Shown here: positions 1 through 44,524 of the stretch, piece by piece
How the letters are laid out: each line of letters opens with the position of its first letter
Position numbering within the stretch: position 1 is the stretch's first letter
Source of the DNA: Amoebidium appalachense
Lineage: Eukaryota; Protista; Ichthyosporea
DNA length: 64,000 bases
Direction of reading: 5' to 3'
Assembly: GCA_963693365.1 (NCBI GenBank)
Contig: CAVNZM010000013.1
Coordinates: forward strand, 1,265,817-1,329,816
Made by a program: the position numbers and the translations under genes
Notes under the pieces: generated by a model
Seen by the model: only the letters and a program-made list of their open reading frames with translations
What the model was told of the DNA's origin: nothing
Databases searched by the model: none

Positions 1-235
1 TTGTGGTATATATGCTGAAGTTTCGATAGTTTTATTCGGTTTTCCGTTTTTTTTTTTTTTTTTTTTTGTTGGTGTTTATGCTGAAGTTTCGATTGTTTTA
101 TCCAGTTTCCCGTGTTTTTTTTCTTTCTTTTTTTTTTTTTTGGTATGTATGCTGAATTTTAAATAGCTTTATTCAGTTTCCCGTGGTTTTTGTGGTATTT
201 ATGCTTATTTTTCTGATTATTTGTGGTTGCTGCAG
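1..235 (+). repeat. Degenerate ~60-75 bp tandem repeat (about 4 copies) abutting the DONSON acceptor
   Basis: The unit TGGTAT(A/G/T)TATGCTGAAGTTTCGATAGTTTTATTC.GTTT.CCG recurs near 4, 70, 141 and 194. Confidence 0.7.
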
Positions 236-9004
<8,769 letters not shown>

Positions 9005-9559
9005 AGAAGATGGAGTGAAAATTCAAGAATTCGGTGAAAAAAACGGTTTTGACGCTGATCAGAAATTGAGGTGGGTGTAAAAGGATACAAGGGAGCACTT
9101 TGGATGTGTAGAGTCGTTTCCGCTAGATATTCACGTATATCCGGATATCTCCATTTATAGGCACGTATGTTGTAGATATGCATGTACAGAACATGCTTTA
9201 ATAATATTAGTTTATTATTGTTTTTGGCGTAGTGTAGTTTTGTTATCTGTGTTTTCTCAAGTACTTGTGTTTAGATAACAACACTCCCACTGTGATAGTG
9301 AAAGGTTCATTCTATCTTATCTGAATCAGATCCATAGGTCACTCATTACCATTGTATGTGTGCGCATTTGAGGTTGGGATGGGTTGGGGTGGGATTGAGG
9401 TGTATGCGCCGAGAATAGGTTGGTGGGTGGGTGTATAATTGTGTATGAATAGGTGGGTGGGTGGGTGTATATTTGTGTGTGAATAGGTGGGTGGGCCCGG
9501 GCACGGCCCTCCCCGGGTAGGTGAGTGGGGGAGGGGGGGATTTTCTTTTTTTTTTTTTT

Positions 9560-9603
<44 letters not shown>

Positions 9604-9792
9604 TGGGGGTAGAATGAATGAATGTTTGATAAACCGGCATTATATAATTCTGTTAGCAAAGCACATGGGGACGTTGGTGCGTTTATTTTTCCAGACCTTT
9701 ACTATGACATATGGAGCCAATAAATTACAAAGTGCAACCCTATGCACGAATTATTTCCCTTGCAGGTACAATTACATACGAACTGGATCATC

Positions 9793-9875
<83 letters not shown>

Positions 9876-10615
9876 CTGCGTGTGCGTGCACGTGCACGCA
9901 TATACATGTGTGTGTGGTTGGGGGTGTGTTCACTTGGTGTTTTAGTGTGTGTACATGCATATGTGAGTTTGTGCGTAGCGCCAATGAAGTCGATTCGATT
10001 CGAAAGTTTCTAGATCTTGCCAGCCGGCCCGACCCAACTTGTGTTGAATAAACAACTATTATTAGCATTACATTGTTACGTTATAAAACACCTTCAAAAC
10101 CCTGTTCACTATTCATATTACGTTTAGACTGTGACCAAATCGGCCATTCAGCTACTGTTTTGTTACAATACAACCATATTCCTACTTTTTTTAGTTGTTT
10201 TATACAGTTATACACATGCACGAACTTGTACAGATGCCAGTTAGTGATACTCTCTGTATATGCGCGATTTTACGACTCAGTGTGTTCGGGAAAATCAGGA
10301 GAAAAACAGCTTAGATTGCTACAAAAAAAAATAAAAAATGAAAAATAAAAGGACCACAAACATTCATTCACGCATCCTGTTTCACGCTAGTTATAAGCAC
10401 AGTTTTTTTGCCTCGTATATCTGGCTGCTTCTGTTCGGGAGTTTTGTTACGCACATGTGCATGCATTCTGGGGGCAAATGTACATGCACACAAACAGGCG
10501 CGAAAGCAATACAACAGGCAAGTGCATGCACATTCACAAGCACACACACACACTTGGACAAGCATGCACACACACACACACAAAACACACACACACACAC
10601 GCACACACACTCACA

Positions 10616-10704
<89 letters not shown>

Positions 10705-10903
10705 GCGCACGCGCACATACACACACACACATTCGCATGTGTGCATGCACGCACGAACCCCCCCCCCCCCCCCCCCCCCCCCCTCCCCCCCCCCCCCCCC
10801 CCCAAAAAAAGGAACACACACACAAACATCCCCCCTCCCCCCCCCCCCCCCCCCCCCCCCCCCGCCCCCCCCCCCCCCCCCCCCCCCCCCCCGCACACAC
10901 ATA

Positions 10904-15670
<4,767 letters not shown>

Positions 15671-15765
15671 ATTTATACAGGCTGTGACTTCAACAATAAA
15701 AAGCTTCAAGAACTTGTATGTAGTACGTCCCCCCCTTGTTTGGTCATTCTAAAATGCCCAGTCTG

Positions 15766-15833
15766 TGACGTAACTGATAAGAAAACCGTGTTTTCATTGG
15801 CTCCTTTTATTGGTAAAGGGTTTCGTGACGTCA
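15766..15833. promoter_or_regulatory. Putative bidirectional promoter core (CCAAT boxes and CRE-like sites)
   Basis: TGACGTAA at 15766, ATTGG at 15796 and 15809, and TGACGTCA at 15826, in microsatellite-free DNA between two divergent genes. Confidence 0.45.
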
Positions 15834-16334
15834 CAAGCCGGCCTCAACTCTTGAGGATAACAGAACACCGTTGGAAAAGAAAAAAACAGAAAAGCAAAAA
15901 GAAAGGATAACTCGTTTATTGTTGATTGCAGCTACACACTACACACACTGCACTTGCTACTTAATATGTGTGCAGGTCACGTGCAGGCACGAAGCTACCA
16001 CGGTTATTACTCGGAATATTGAACGGATCTTTGCCTGTCAGTCACAAGTCCATCATTACCTGGCAGCTCACGTGGGAATGTAAACGGGAAGATTTTGAGT
16101 CGTTTGCTCCGGAAGATGTTTCCACCCAGCCTCGGAACCTTTCTTAACTATTCTTGAAGCAAAGTTGTGACTACTGAGGATTAAGGTCTTTTTTTTCGTC
16201 CCTTCTGTTTTTGTGCTCCTCACGCATTCGTTCACACCTAAGTGAATGAAGATCTTAACTGGACCACACAATAACACCCTTATCTTCCTTTCGTTTGCTC
16301 TCAGACTTCCCATCGCGGATAATTAATCAAAAAC

Positions 16335-16784
16335 ATGGCTTTCCCTATCCACCTATTGAACTTGTTTTCCTTCCTCTTCCTTTCCTGCCTCGCCTCCAAC
16401 TTCCTGGCATTTGGCCCAGATCCTCACTCCTACTTCCCAAAAGTCTCCGTTTTCCAACCGTCGCTCGAAAAAGCACAAGAAAATGCATCGGCCAAGGGAG
16501 TAAATGGAAGCGCGGTGTCCAAGCCCGTGCTCCCGCAAACAATATACAAAGCGTGGCAGGTGGGGGTACTGTATGGGAGGGTAATGGCGGCAAAGGATGA
16601 AGGTGGGTTCATCTAGCTGATGTTTTGTTGGGGGTTCTATTGGTGTTGTGTAACACACGCTTTTTGTTCTTGTTGTAATGTAGTGAAGACGGCGGCTCCG
16701 CTTGAAAGCAGGTGCATTTGTCAAACGGGAAATCTTAATCCCCCCCCTCCCCCCCCCCCCCCCCTCCCCTTCCCCCCCCCCCCC

Positions 16785-16817
<33 letters not shown>

Positions 16818-16907
16818 TTCCCCGACCAATTGAAGACCTGAGAAGCACACACGCACGCAGGAGCACTCTCACACACACACAGACACACACGAACACACGC
16901 ACGCGCG

Positions 16908-16984
<77 letters not shown>

Positions 16985-17041
16985 CGCCCACACAGGCGCA
17001 TGCGCACACACGCTCACACATTCACATACACTCATGCGCGA

Positions 17042-17075
<34 letters not shown>

Positions 17076-18823
17076 CTACACACTACACCTCCACAATTTC
17101 CTCTCTGTGCCCCTGCACGACCGGCCCAACCGTCCTAAAACTCATTATTCTGCGAACCCCCCTCCCCCCTCCCCCCCCCCCTCCCCCTCCCCCCATTCCC
17201 CCTCTTTCTGTTTTGGGAACTACAGTTGCGGGTGACTGGAGAACCCCCCCCCCCCCCCCCCCCCCCCCTCAACACACACAGGCCACCACATAATCATTAT
17301 ACACGCACACACACACACACAGACACACATACAAAAAGGGAGGAGTGAACATGCCAGGACTTGGCGTCAGCTCTAACCCCGCCCCCTTCCCCCCCCTCCC
17401 CCCTCCCCCCTCCCCCCCCACACACACACATACACACACGCCGTCCCATTCCCCTCCCCTATCCCCCCCCCGGGCCCCCCCTCCACACACAAATATTCAC
17501 CCCCCTCCCCCCACCCCCCCCACCCACCCCCAAACGCACACACCCCTCCCCTTCCCCCCCCCCCCCTCACCCCCCTCCTCCCTATTGAAATCCCCTTCCC
17601 TTCCTTCCTACACAGAGAGGGATACCATTCTCTCCCAGGCAACCCAACTACTGGGTGCACCCCATCTTCTTACGGCTAGAGACCTTAAAAGCATCGAAAT
17701 TAGTCTTAAAAAACTGGAAGGGGAGGACGAGGAAAACGGGGAAGAAACCACGGGAAAACCGGGAAAATCGCATTCACATTCACGAATCGCCGGGCTGTTC
17801 TCGTTTGCAAACATCGTCTGGGTGATTGCGACGATCGGGATTGCAGTTTCGATCCTCCCTGCGATCTCGCAAATCGCCCGCCCTTTTTTGGACAGCGCCC
17901 ACCGTTTCGTGTTGCATTTCATCGTTCCTGTTGCGTTTTGGCTCCACACGCAACGTGCCCTCGAATTCCTTCTCTACGTCGTGTGCGTCTTTCTAATTGG
18001 GTCTGGCAACGTCGTACCCAAAACTCACAATTACGGGGTTTTGATAACGTTTTCCGGACTGATACTTCTGATTCCAGCCTTTTTTTACACGTGCGCGAAT
18101 GTTGGCGTTTTTGTTCAAATCGACAAGGACAGTCCCGGAAATATCCCTGCCGGCACAACTTTCGTTCTCTCGGTTGGGAAATTTCGCGTTTTTTCGGCGA
18201 CACTCTACTCTCTGTGCGTATTTGCGCAGGCCGTATATCACCAGTCTATCCTTTTGGGATATCTGTGCGTGGTGACTATCTACTTCGGGCTGGGGTTTTT
18301 CATCGTAAATTTCGGGCTCTGTTGGGTCACCGGTTTCGATGGGCATAACAGCATGGTTGTGAGTGCTGGCACGTCTCTCTTCCTTCTTTGCTTTTTCGGG
18401 TGCGTTAAGGCAATGAGCATAAACCACCGGATTTTGCTCCCGTTTGAATCAGCGGTCGGGGTTTTTGGTAGCACGATGTATTTCCTGTCGTTTCTGATAA
18501 TGTCTTCGAAATTTTACTACTACGACGTGTTTGACGGCCAGCCGAGTTCGTATATCATCCGGAATATTGTAATGGTTATATCTCTATTTTCAGCAATGTT
18601 TTTCGGGTCTGTCCTGGGGATGGATGGGATGTGCAATACTGCGATTACGTTTTTCGCGCTTTACGCCATGGAGAAAATTGGTGAAATTGCGAGCCGAAGG
18701 GGGGTCTGGGTGCTGGTGCTTGCGAGTTCTCTGTTTTTGTATTATATCTCCTTGGTGGTGAATAGGAACCCTAAGTATGTATCGAGCCTGTTTTCCAGCC
18801 CATTTGAAACTTCAATGGTTTGA
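16335..18823 (+). CDS. Hypothetical multi-pass membrane protein with N-terminal signal peptide (2 exons)
   Basis: Exon 1 is 16335-16602 ([21 protein letters not shown].., donor GTGGGT, phase 1). Exon 2 is 17616-18823 (CAG acceptor, 1.2 kb open frame, about 10 hydrophobic segments, TGA). No family recognised. Confidence 0.75.
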
Positions 18824-19135
18824 AGGGTTTGGGTTGTATGAGATCACTATATATATACTGGGCTGCTATTATCTGTTTTTTTAATTTATTTTATGACCTA
18901 TGTTTTCTTGTGTTTTTATCTCCCGGATTGTGATAACGAGATGCGATTATATCTCGAGCCTGTTTCCCAGCCCGTTTAGAGCTTTAATGGTTTGAAGAGT
19001 TCCGTTTGAGACTTTACAACGTTGTGTTCCGATCTATCCAGTTGTTTTTTTATTATATCTCCTGTGTTTTGAATAGGAGCCCAGACTGTATGTAGGACCT
19101 GTTTTTCTTCCCATTCGAAAAGTCAGTGGGTTGGA
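18739..19135 (+). repeat. Triplication of the CDS 3' end and stop region
   Basis: TCGAGCCTGTTT.CCAGCCC.TTT..A.CTT.AATGGTTTGAAG at ~18782 and ~18954; TATTATATCTCC..GAATAGGA.CC at 18740 and 19051. Confidence 0.75.
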
Positions 19136-19569
19136 CAGATGTTTTATAATGTTTATTCATATTTTGCAAGGGTCAATTTTGTACTTATTTTGTTCTCACA
19201 CCCTAAAATTATGATGTCATTTTGCTCTTTCAATCATAAATTACGTTCATTATTTTTAGGACGAAGCACGCGAATGTCTGTGCACACGACTGTAAGTTTG
19301 TATATGTTGTGTATATAGCTGAAATATATAATCTCTGGTGTATGTTTTGTATATCTACACCGACAATCTGCACGTCTGGCTTCTGGGATGTCAGCAAGAA
19401 CATCCGAATAAAGCTATTTGTCATGATAGCCTGCATGCATGTGCATGCATTGTCACTAGTTCCTGGGGAACAATTAAAACAACGAAGATCCCGAGCACAT
19501 CGTAGGTATATACATCTTCCCCCCCCCCCCCCCCCCCCCCTGAGCACATACACACACACACACACAGAT

Positions 19570-19745
19570 ACGTGAATGATATAGGCCTATAGGCCGAAAC
19601 TCGGGTGTTGCAGAGGGCCCCCCCATCCAAGTAATCGTGGGCTCTGCAGTACTTATGCATACTACAATAGTACATGTATGCTCCGTATTCTACGTAGTGT
19701 ATTGTCTTATCCGTCGTTAGACGTACTTCATAGAGCTACTCCGTC
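19570..19745 (+). mobile_element. Degenerate subfamily A copy downstream of the 16335-18823 gene
   Basis: TATAGGCCTATA-GGCCGAAACTCGGGT..GGGCCCCCCC..TGGGCTCTGC..TTATGCATACT. Confidence 0.6.
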
Positions 19746-19767
19746 CCCAATAAGCACACCACACGTG

Positions 19768-19815
<48 letters not shown>

Positions 19816-20633
19816 AACACACCCTGTGACACACGGGCGCAAGCACACACACATTTATATTCGGGGACAACACACAAGTGAGCACATACAGAAGAACAAA
19901 AAGGGATCATTCTAATTGAAGTATCCGGAAAAAGACTCTTGACCAAATCACTCAAATTTTATTGGTTCATTGACTGTATATTAAAATCGCAACTTGCGGC
20001 CCAAAAAAGATTTACAGGCCATATTTAAAGCAATTTAAAAGAGCAAAACATCAACAACGGTTCCCTTCTCTCATATCTACGTAGATGATCTTCCACAGTA
20101 AGTTGAAACGATATATACATACACACCATGCGTAAACAAGGCAAAAAATGACAAACATGAATACTATTCTCAGAAAACAAACAAAAAAGTAGGATAATTG
20201 CTAAGCCATTATTTACACCCACTACGTTCAATAGTCAACGCTAGAAGCGGATGATGTGCCCACGCGTACGCAAAATATGATAAAATGTCGGGACTAATAT
20301 ATTAGAGGGTGCTCATTCTTCTCATTCGAAACAACCTTCGTCCCCTTTCCCCCCACACACACCACATGGCAATGATATTCACAAGCGCGTCTCTGCTTTA
20401 GAATCGAACAAACCTACATCCAAGCATTCAGGCGTATGTTTTTCGTACGAGCACAGCAATTGGCACATTTTGTCTACCAAAAACCCCCCTCCCCCCCCCC
20501 CTCCTCCCCCCCCCCCCCCCCCCCCCCCCAAAAAGAACATTTCGGTTTTCTGTTCTTTTCAACTTTCAGCAGTATACGCTATGATTCGATTTCGGATCGG
20601 AAAGCGGCAAATCCCCCTCCGAGGTAACTCTTT

Positions 20634-39506
<18,873 letters not shown>

Positions 39507-39997
39507 TTTTGTATTCTGGTAAACTAGATGTTATAGGCAAACACTGCCTCCTGTTCCTGCTTTCTTGGCTCGAAAAACACATTTATCACATAGATCAAGC
39601 CAACTCTTAAGCCATCTCTTATGGTCAAAAGTGGTAACCAGGCAGGCGCTATGAAAAAATGCCCTGTATAAACCAGCTTACAACATAAAACAAGCAGTTT
39701 TCCAGGCGACCCATTTGGTTGAACTCCGGGGTAGCCAAAGACGTGTGATTGAATCGGCTGTTGTTGCGCTTTCAGTTATTGTTAGGGTGTTCGCATGCCA
39801 ATACAGTACTCATGGGCAAAACAAGAAGCCCCCCTGTCATGCTCTGCTAATGCATACTAAGACCGTGTATGTAAACCTAACTAAGTACTGTAAGCCAAAA
39901 CAAGAAACTTAGAGAATCCTTGCATGCTTCAGCTTGCCATCAAGAAGGTTGAGACGGTCTCAGTCAAGATCAAAGTGCGATAAGTATACACAATCTG

Positions 39998-40078
39998 ATT
40001 GGGTAAAGGCGCATCCGGCTGGTGCAATATTAGCCAATCAAAACGAAGTTAACTAAATATAGTTCGCTTACAGCCAAT
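39998..40078. promoter_or_regulatory. CCAAT-box cluster upstream of the K+ channel gene
   Basis: ATTGG at 39998 and CCAAT at 40034 and 40074, about 500 bp upstream of ATG 39506. ATTGG(G)TAAAGG is shared with the 15809 site. Confidence 0.4.
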
Positions 40079-40126
40079 CGATATGAGAAACACATCGAAA
40101 AATTTTCTACAGTTGTGACTCATAAT

Positions 40127-40714
40127 GGGCCGCTTCACCTCGGGGCTAGATTTAGAAATGCGGCAAATCTAGAAGTTCTAAATTGACAATTTAGAACGTT
40201 CTAAATTGTTCCGGTTCGCACAGGTATGATTTAGATAATTTAGAAACTCTACATTGCTTCTTGCTTTGTTTAATAAATAAATGTAAAAACTTAACACTGA
40301 GACTGTGATAAATATTTTATAAGCTTATAAATATGCATATTAATATTTTTTGCAAGGTTTATATATACGTATCGCTGAAAGCTTCATAACAAAACAGAAG
40401 ACAGAAACTACAGCATAGCACAGGTATGCAAAAAAACCCTTTTGGACCAATGATCTTCAATAAGGTCATTGATTGGTCTAGACAAAATGCAGCCGACCAA
40501 TCGGAAATCAGTTCAATTTCTAGATTGGCTCCAGACATCTGGAAGACCCCCCCTCCCCCCTCTTCCAGATTGCGACATCTGGAAGATGGGCATCCAGATT
40601 CTAGACCCCGATGGAATGCATTAAATTTAATGCGATCGATCGGACTGGAGAAATTTTAACGCTAATTATCTAGATTCCCATTATCTAAATTCTAGCCCCG
40701 ACGTGCAGCGGCCC
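40127..40714. mobile_element. MITE-like non-autonomous DNA transposon, 588 bp, ~35 bp imperfect TIRs, 3 bp AAT target-site duplication
   Basis: The left end GGGCCGCTTCACCTCGGGGCTAGATTTAGAAATG matches the reverse complement of the right end (GGGCCGCTGCACGTCGGGGCTAGAATTTAGATAATG). AAT lies at 40124-40126 and 40715-40717. The interior is AT-rich and non-coding. Confidence 0.8.
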
Positions 40715-40857
40715 AATGTTGTTCATCAAATAATCTAAAAGTAGCCACCTACAGCCGGCATCGATATAAATTACATGTGCCACTGTGGAGAGGCCTCGAG
40801 GCCCAGGCAGCAGAATTCGGGGTCGCGATGGTGATAAGCCGCGGCGTGCGCCCCGGG

Positions 40858-40905
<48 letters not shown>

Positions 40906-40907
<2 letters not shown>

Positions 40908-41050
40908 TCTCGATCGCGAGGAACAGGAAGTTGGGTACCAAGCACACATTCATAACGGATAACCCAGTACAGAATGCAAAAAAACACCCTTGACGAGTAT
41001 GAGCATGCATAATAAGCAGGGCCTATCCTCAGGAGGGGGGCCAGTCATGC
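40906..41050 (-). mobile_element. Subfamily A 3' fragment with long poly-C tail
   Basis: AACGGATAAC, CAGAATGCAA and ATGCATAATAAGCAGGGCCTATCCTCAGG match the 47 kb copy. A ~45 nt G run abuts it at 40861-40906. Confidence 0.7.
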
Positions 41051-42004
41051 AGGGGGAGACCCTCGGAGGGAGGCATTTTTTTTTTGGCAAATGTTTTTGT
41101 TTTGCACACATCACCGTGATCACCAGTTCTTTGTAAATTACTGTTTTTTTAATGGTTAGATGAGTGTACAGTGATAATAACATGTACACACTTACACACC
41201 ATCCAAGCATGGATGTCATATAACGTTCCAGTTTTCATTTCTACCGGCGCACTACCCCCGGGCCTAAGGCTCGATAATTCGTCCAATTCAAAAAAAAAAA
41301 AACAAAAAAAAACCACCAGCGTCTAGCATACCCCACCTATCGCCTTTATCACATTCGTGCAGAAACAAAACTACAGTGAACACATTCGCAAAGTCATGAT
41401 CTAGTTGCTACACAAGTCTGTATCATATAGAAAGTGAGGATAACCCGTTTGAAATTTGAAACACAACCAACCAAAAGGCTTGAATAGATTCGAGGAAATA
41501 TACGTCTATACGCATACCATTGCCAGCCTGACAATCTGCTATCCTCGAGGGTTTCTATCTTTCCCCCCTCTTTTTTCCGGATTTAATCATACATCACTTC
41601 CACCCAGACCCTGCATTCCCTAGCCCGAGCAAAGCAAAGCAAATACGATGAATTTTATAGGTGGTGAAGTACCCAATTTCAAACAATAAGAGTCTTCAAT
41701 TATAATATATATCATAACATCATTAACAATTGCGGTTGTGTGTGTAAGCGTGCGCGCGTGTGCATCTACGGGCACAGGTTTTGGGCAAACAGAAGGGAGG
41801 CAATACAAGGAGGGAGGCATCGTATGGGTGTGTGTGTGCATGTGTGTGTGTGTGTGCGTTGGGGGGGGGGGGGGGGGGGGGGGGGGGTTCAGAGTACTAT
41901 AGCAGCATCTGCGGTCTTGAAAGCATCGACGGACACGACACTGGCAGGAAGGGGCAGAGGGGTGGATGTGGGTGCCGGGGTGTGGGCCTGTGGAGGCAGA
42001 GAGA

Positions 42005-42122
42005 GTGAGTAACTGCCATATATGGGCATGTAGTTGCCATATATGGGTGAGTGGCTACCATATTTGGACGAGCAACTGCCATATATGGGTGATTAGCCGC
42101 CATATATAGGTGAGTAACTGCA
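42005..42122. repeat. ~21 bp minisatellite, about 6 copies
   Basis: A GAGTAACTGCCATATATGGGT-like unit. Confidence 0.8.
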
Positions 42123-42197
42123 TCTATGACGGATATCTGCTTTTCCCTCGGAAAAAAATAAATATAAAGAAAAATCGGCTGGTCACCGTGTAGAGGT

Positions 42198-42334
42198 CTA
42201 CAGTTTTCGCGGATAATTGTGCATGTTACGTGTGAGTGCCTGTGGTAACGCACGTGTGCAACACACAACAGAAGGGGACGAGAGCGGTGAGAAGGGAGGA
42301 GAGAAGGGTAGGGTTGTTTTTTTTTTTTTTTTTT

Positions 42335-42387
<53 letters not shown>

Positions 42388-42518
42388 CTGTATGTATGCA
42401 TCAGAGAGTGGCAAACTTGCGCCCAAACGTTAACCAACAAAACCACAAAAGCAACACCACAAAACAGCAACCAAACCAATCGTGTACGCAGAAGATACTT
42501 GCACAGAGTTCATAGTCA

Positions 42519-42559
<41 letters not shown>

Positions 42560-42649
42560 CTTACCAATCTTTCACGGGCGAGGTTGTAGTTTGCTGCGAT
42601 GTCCAGAGCCTTTTCATAGGCAAACAGCATCCACGCACTCTAAGGAAGG

Positions 42650-42716
<67 letters not shown>

Positions 42717-43045
42717 GTGTGTGTGTGTGCGTGTGCGTGTGCCTGTGTTAGAAATACCAAATTTAGAAATACCCGGCTAGTCTTTAGCAAAAGGGGGGGG
42801 GGGGGGGGGAGGACGACGTCTCACAGACCTGGGGGCCAGTCCACATGATGCGCGCACCCACACCGCTAAACAGCTTCCTCACCCCCTCCCTGCGCACAAT
42901 CTGCACCAAAGTATGCCAGATACCCTCCGTGCCCCCCTGTGCATAAAAAAGACAGTGTTAGCAAAAAAAAAAAAAAAAAAAAGAAAGAAAAACAGGAAAA
43001 CATAAATTGAAGCGCGCGCGCGCGCGTGTGTGTGTGCGTGTGTGT

Positions 43046-43094
<49 letters not shown>

Positions 43095-43352
43095 TAGAAT
43101 TTCGTGGCATGGTTCTTTACAGGGTTGCAACAGTTCCCTATCCCTATCTGGGTGAAAAATCTTGAAGAGTTGGCATATATTCTCCGATAGGGCTCAAACA
43201 TAGTATGTTAGTTTATTGGAATCTTACCGTACGTGATGCGCTTATGGGCTAATGTTTCGTTGGTATGACTTATGGATAGAGGCAAAGACTGCCTGACTGC
43301 CTGGAAAGTGCACACAGACAAAATGCAGACAAAATTTTAAAAGTTATATTGG

Positions 43353-43389
<37 letters not shown>

Positions 43390-43560
43390 ATTCCACACAC
43401 CCACACCCCGGAAATTTATTTTCGTACGTATGCTGTGTGTGAATGGGTTGCGCACGAATGTGCTCCATTTATCTTCTTTCCGTTTATCTGCTTCTTGCAT
43501 AACACTGCGGCATTTGCGCATGTGCATGTACTGGGCACGCACACATGCAATTGTGTGTGT

Positions 43561-43600
<40 letters not shown>

Positions 43601-44493
43601 GAGAGGGGAGGGGGGAGGAAGAAGGGGGTGAAGGGGGGGGGGGGGGGGAGGGGGGGTTGCATAAGAGAGTGGCCACCATAGAAATGTAGAGATTGAAAAC
43701 GACAACTATGAAAGCATACAGGGTGCGATCACGCAACGCGCAGGGGATTCCCCGAGGGAAGGCGGGGAGGGGGAGGGGGGGGAGGGGGGGGGGGGTTGGG
43801 GGGTGATTTTTGCGTTAGAGGGTTGGAAATATGGAGGAGACAACAAAGAGCAACAACAAAGCGTCTCAAAGGCGGGAAATCCAAAATCAAACAATTTAAG
43901 CGTGCAGGCAGAAGACACTTGAACAGAGCCCATCATCAGGGGGGTTCCCATGCCTCCACAAAAGCATGGGTTTCGACCTCTCGCGCGTGGTTCCCAACCC
44001 ATACTTTGTTTCAACAGCAATAGGCGAGTCCAGGGGGGGGGTTGGGGGGGGGGGGTCTAACGGAAAGCTGGAGCCTAGTTTTGACAACGTCGCAGGGAGT
44101 GGTCACCAGGCCGGCAACAGAACCTGAGTGGATGAAAAAAAAACATGAAATTGGTGAGCACACACAACGTCATTGTGACATGTTCCCTTCGGCCATTTTC
44201 TTTCTTTTCTTTTTTTATAAAAAAAAAGGGCCCAATACGATGCCTTTCTAGAGGTACAACGAGTGGCTTTCTCTCCCTCAAACACACACACACATCTTCT
44301 CCTTCTTCCTTCTTCTTTTTAGTGTGGTGGCACTAATTGTTTATAACGACTGAAACACCAGTTGAACTTCCCCAGCTTACCCCTCTTCCTCTCCTGAAAA
44401 GCCAGCTCCCCCCCCCCTCCCCCCTCCGCCTGCGCGATGGCTTCTCTACATCACATTCTGTCATACCACAAGAGCCAACACATTCTCGACTTC

Positions 44494-44524
<31 letters not shown>

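Noticed and set aside
40786-40822. Short similarity (GCAGAATTCG) to the 5' end of the poly-C repeat, hinting at a tandem copy
   Set aside because: Only about 10 bp match exactly, too little to support a call.
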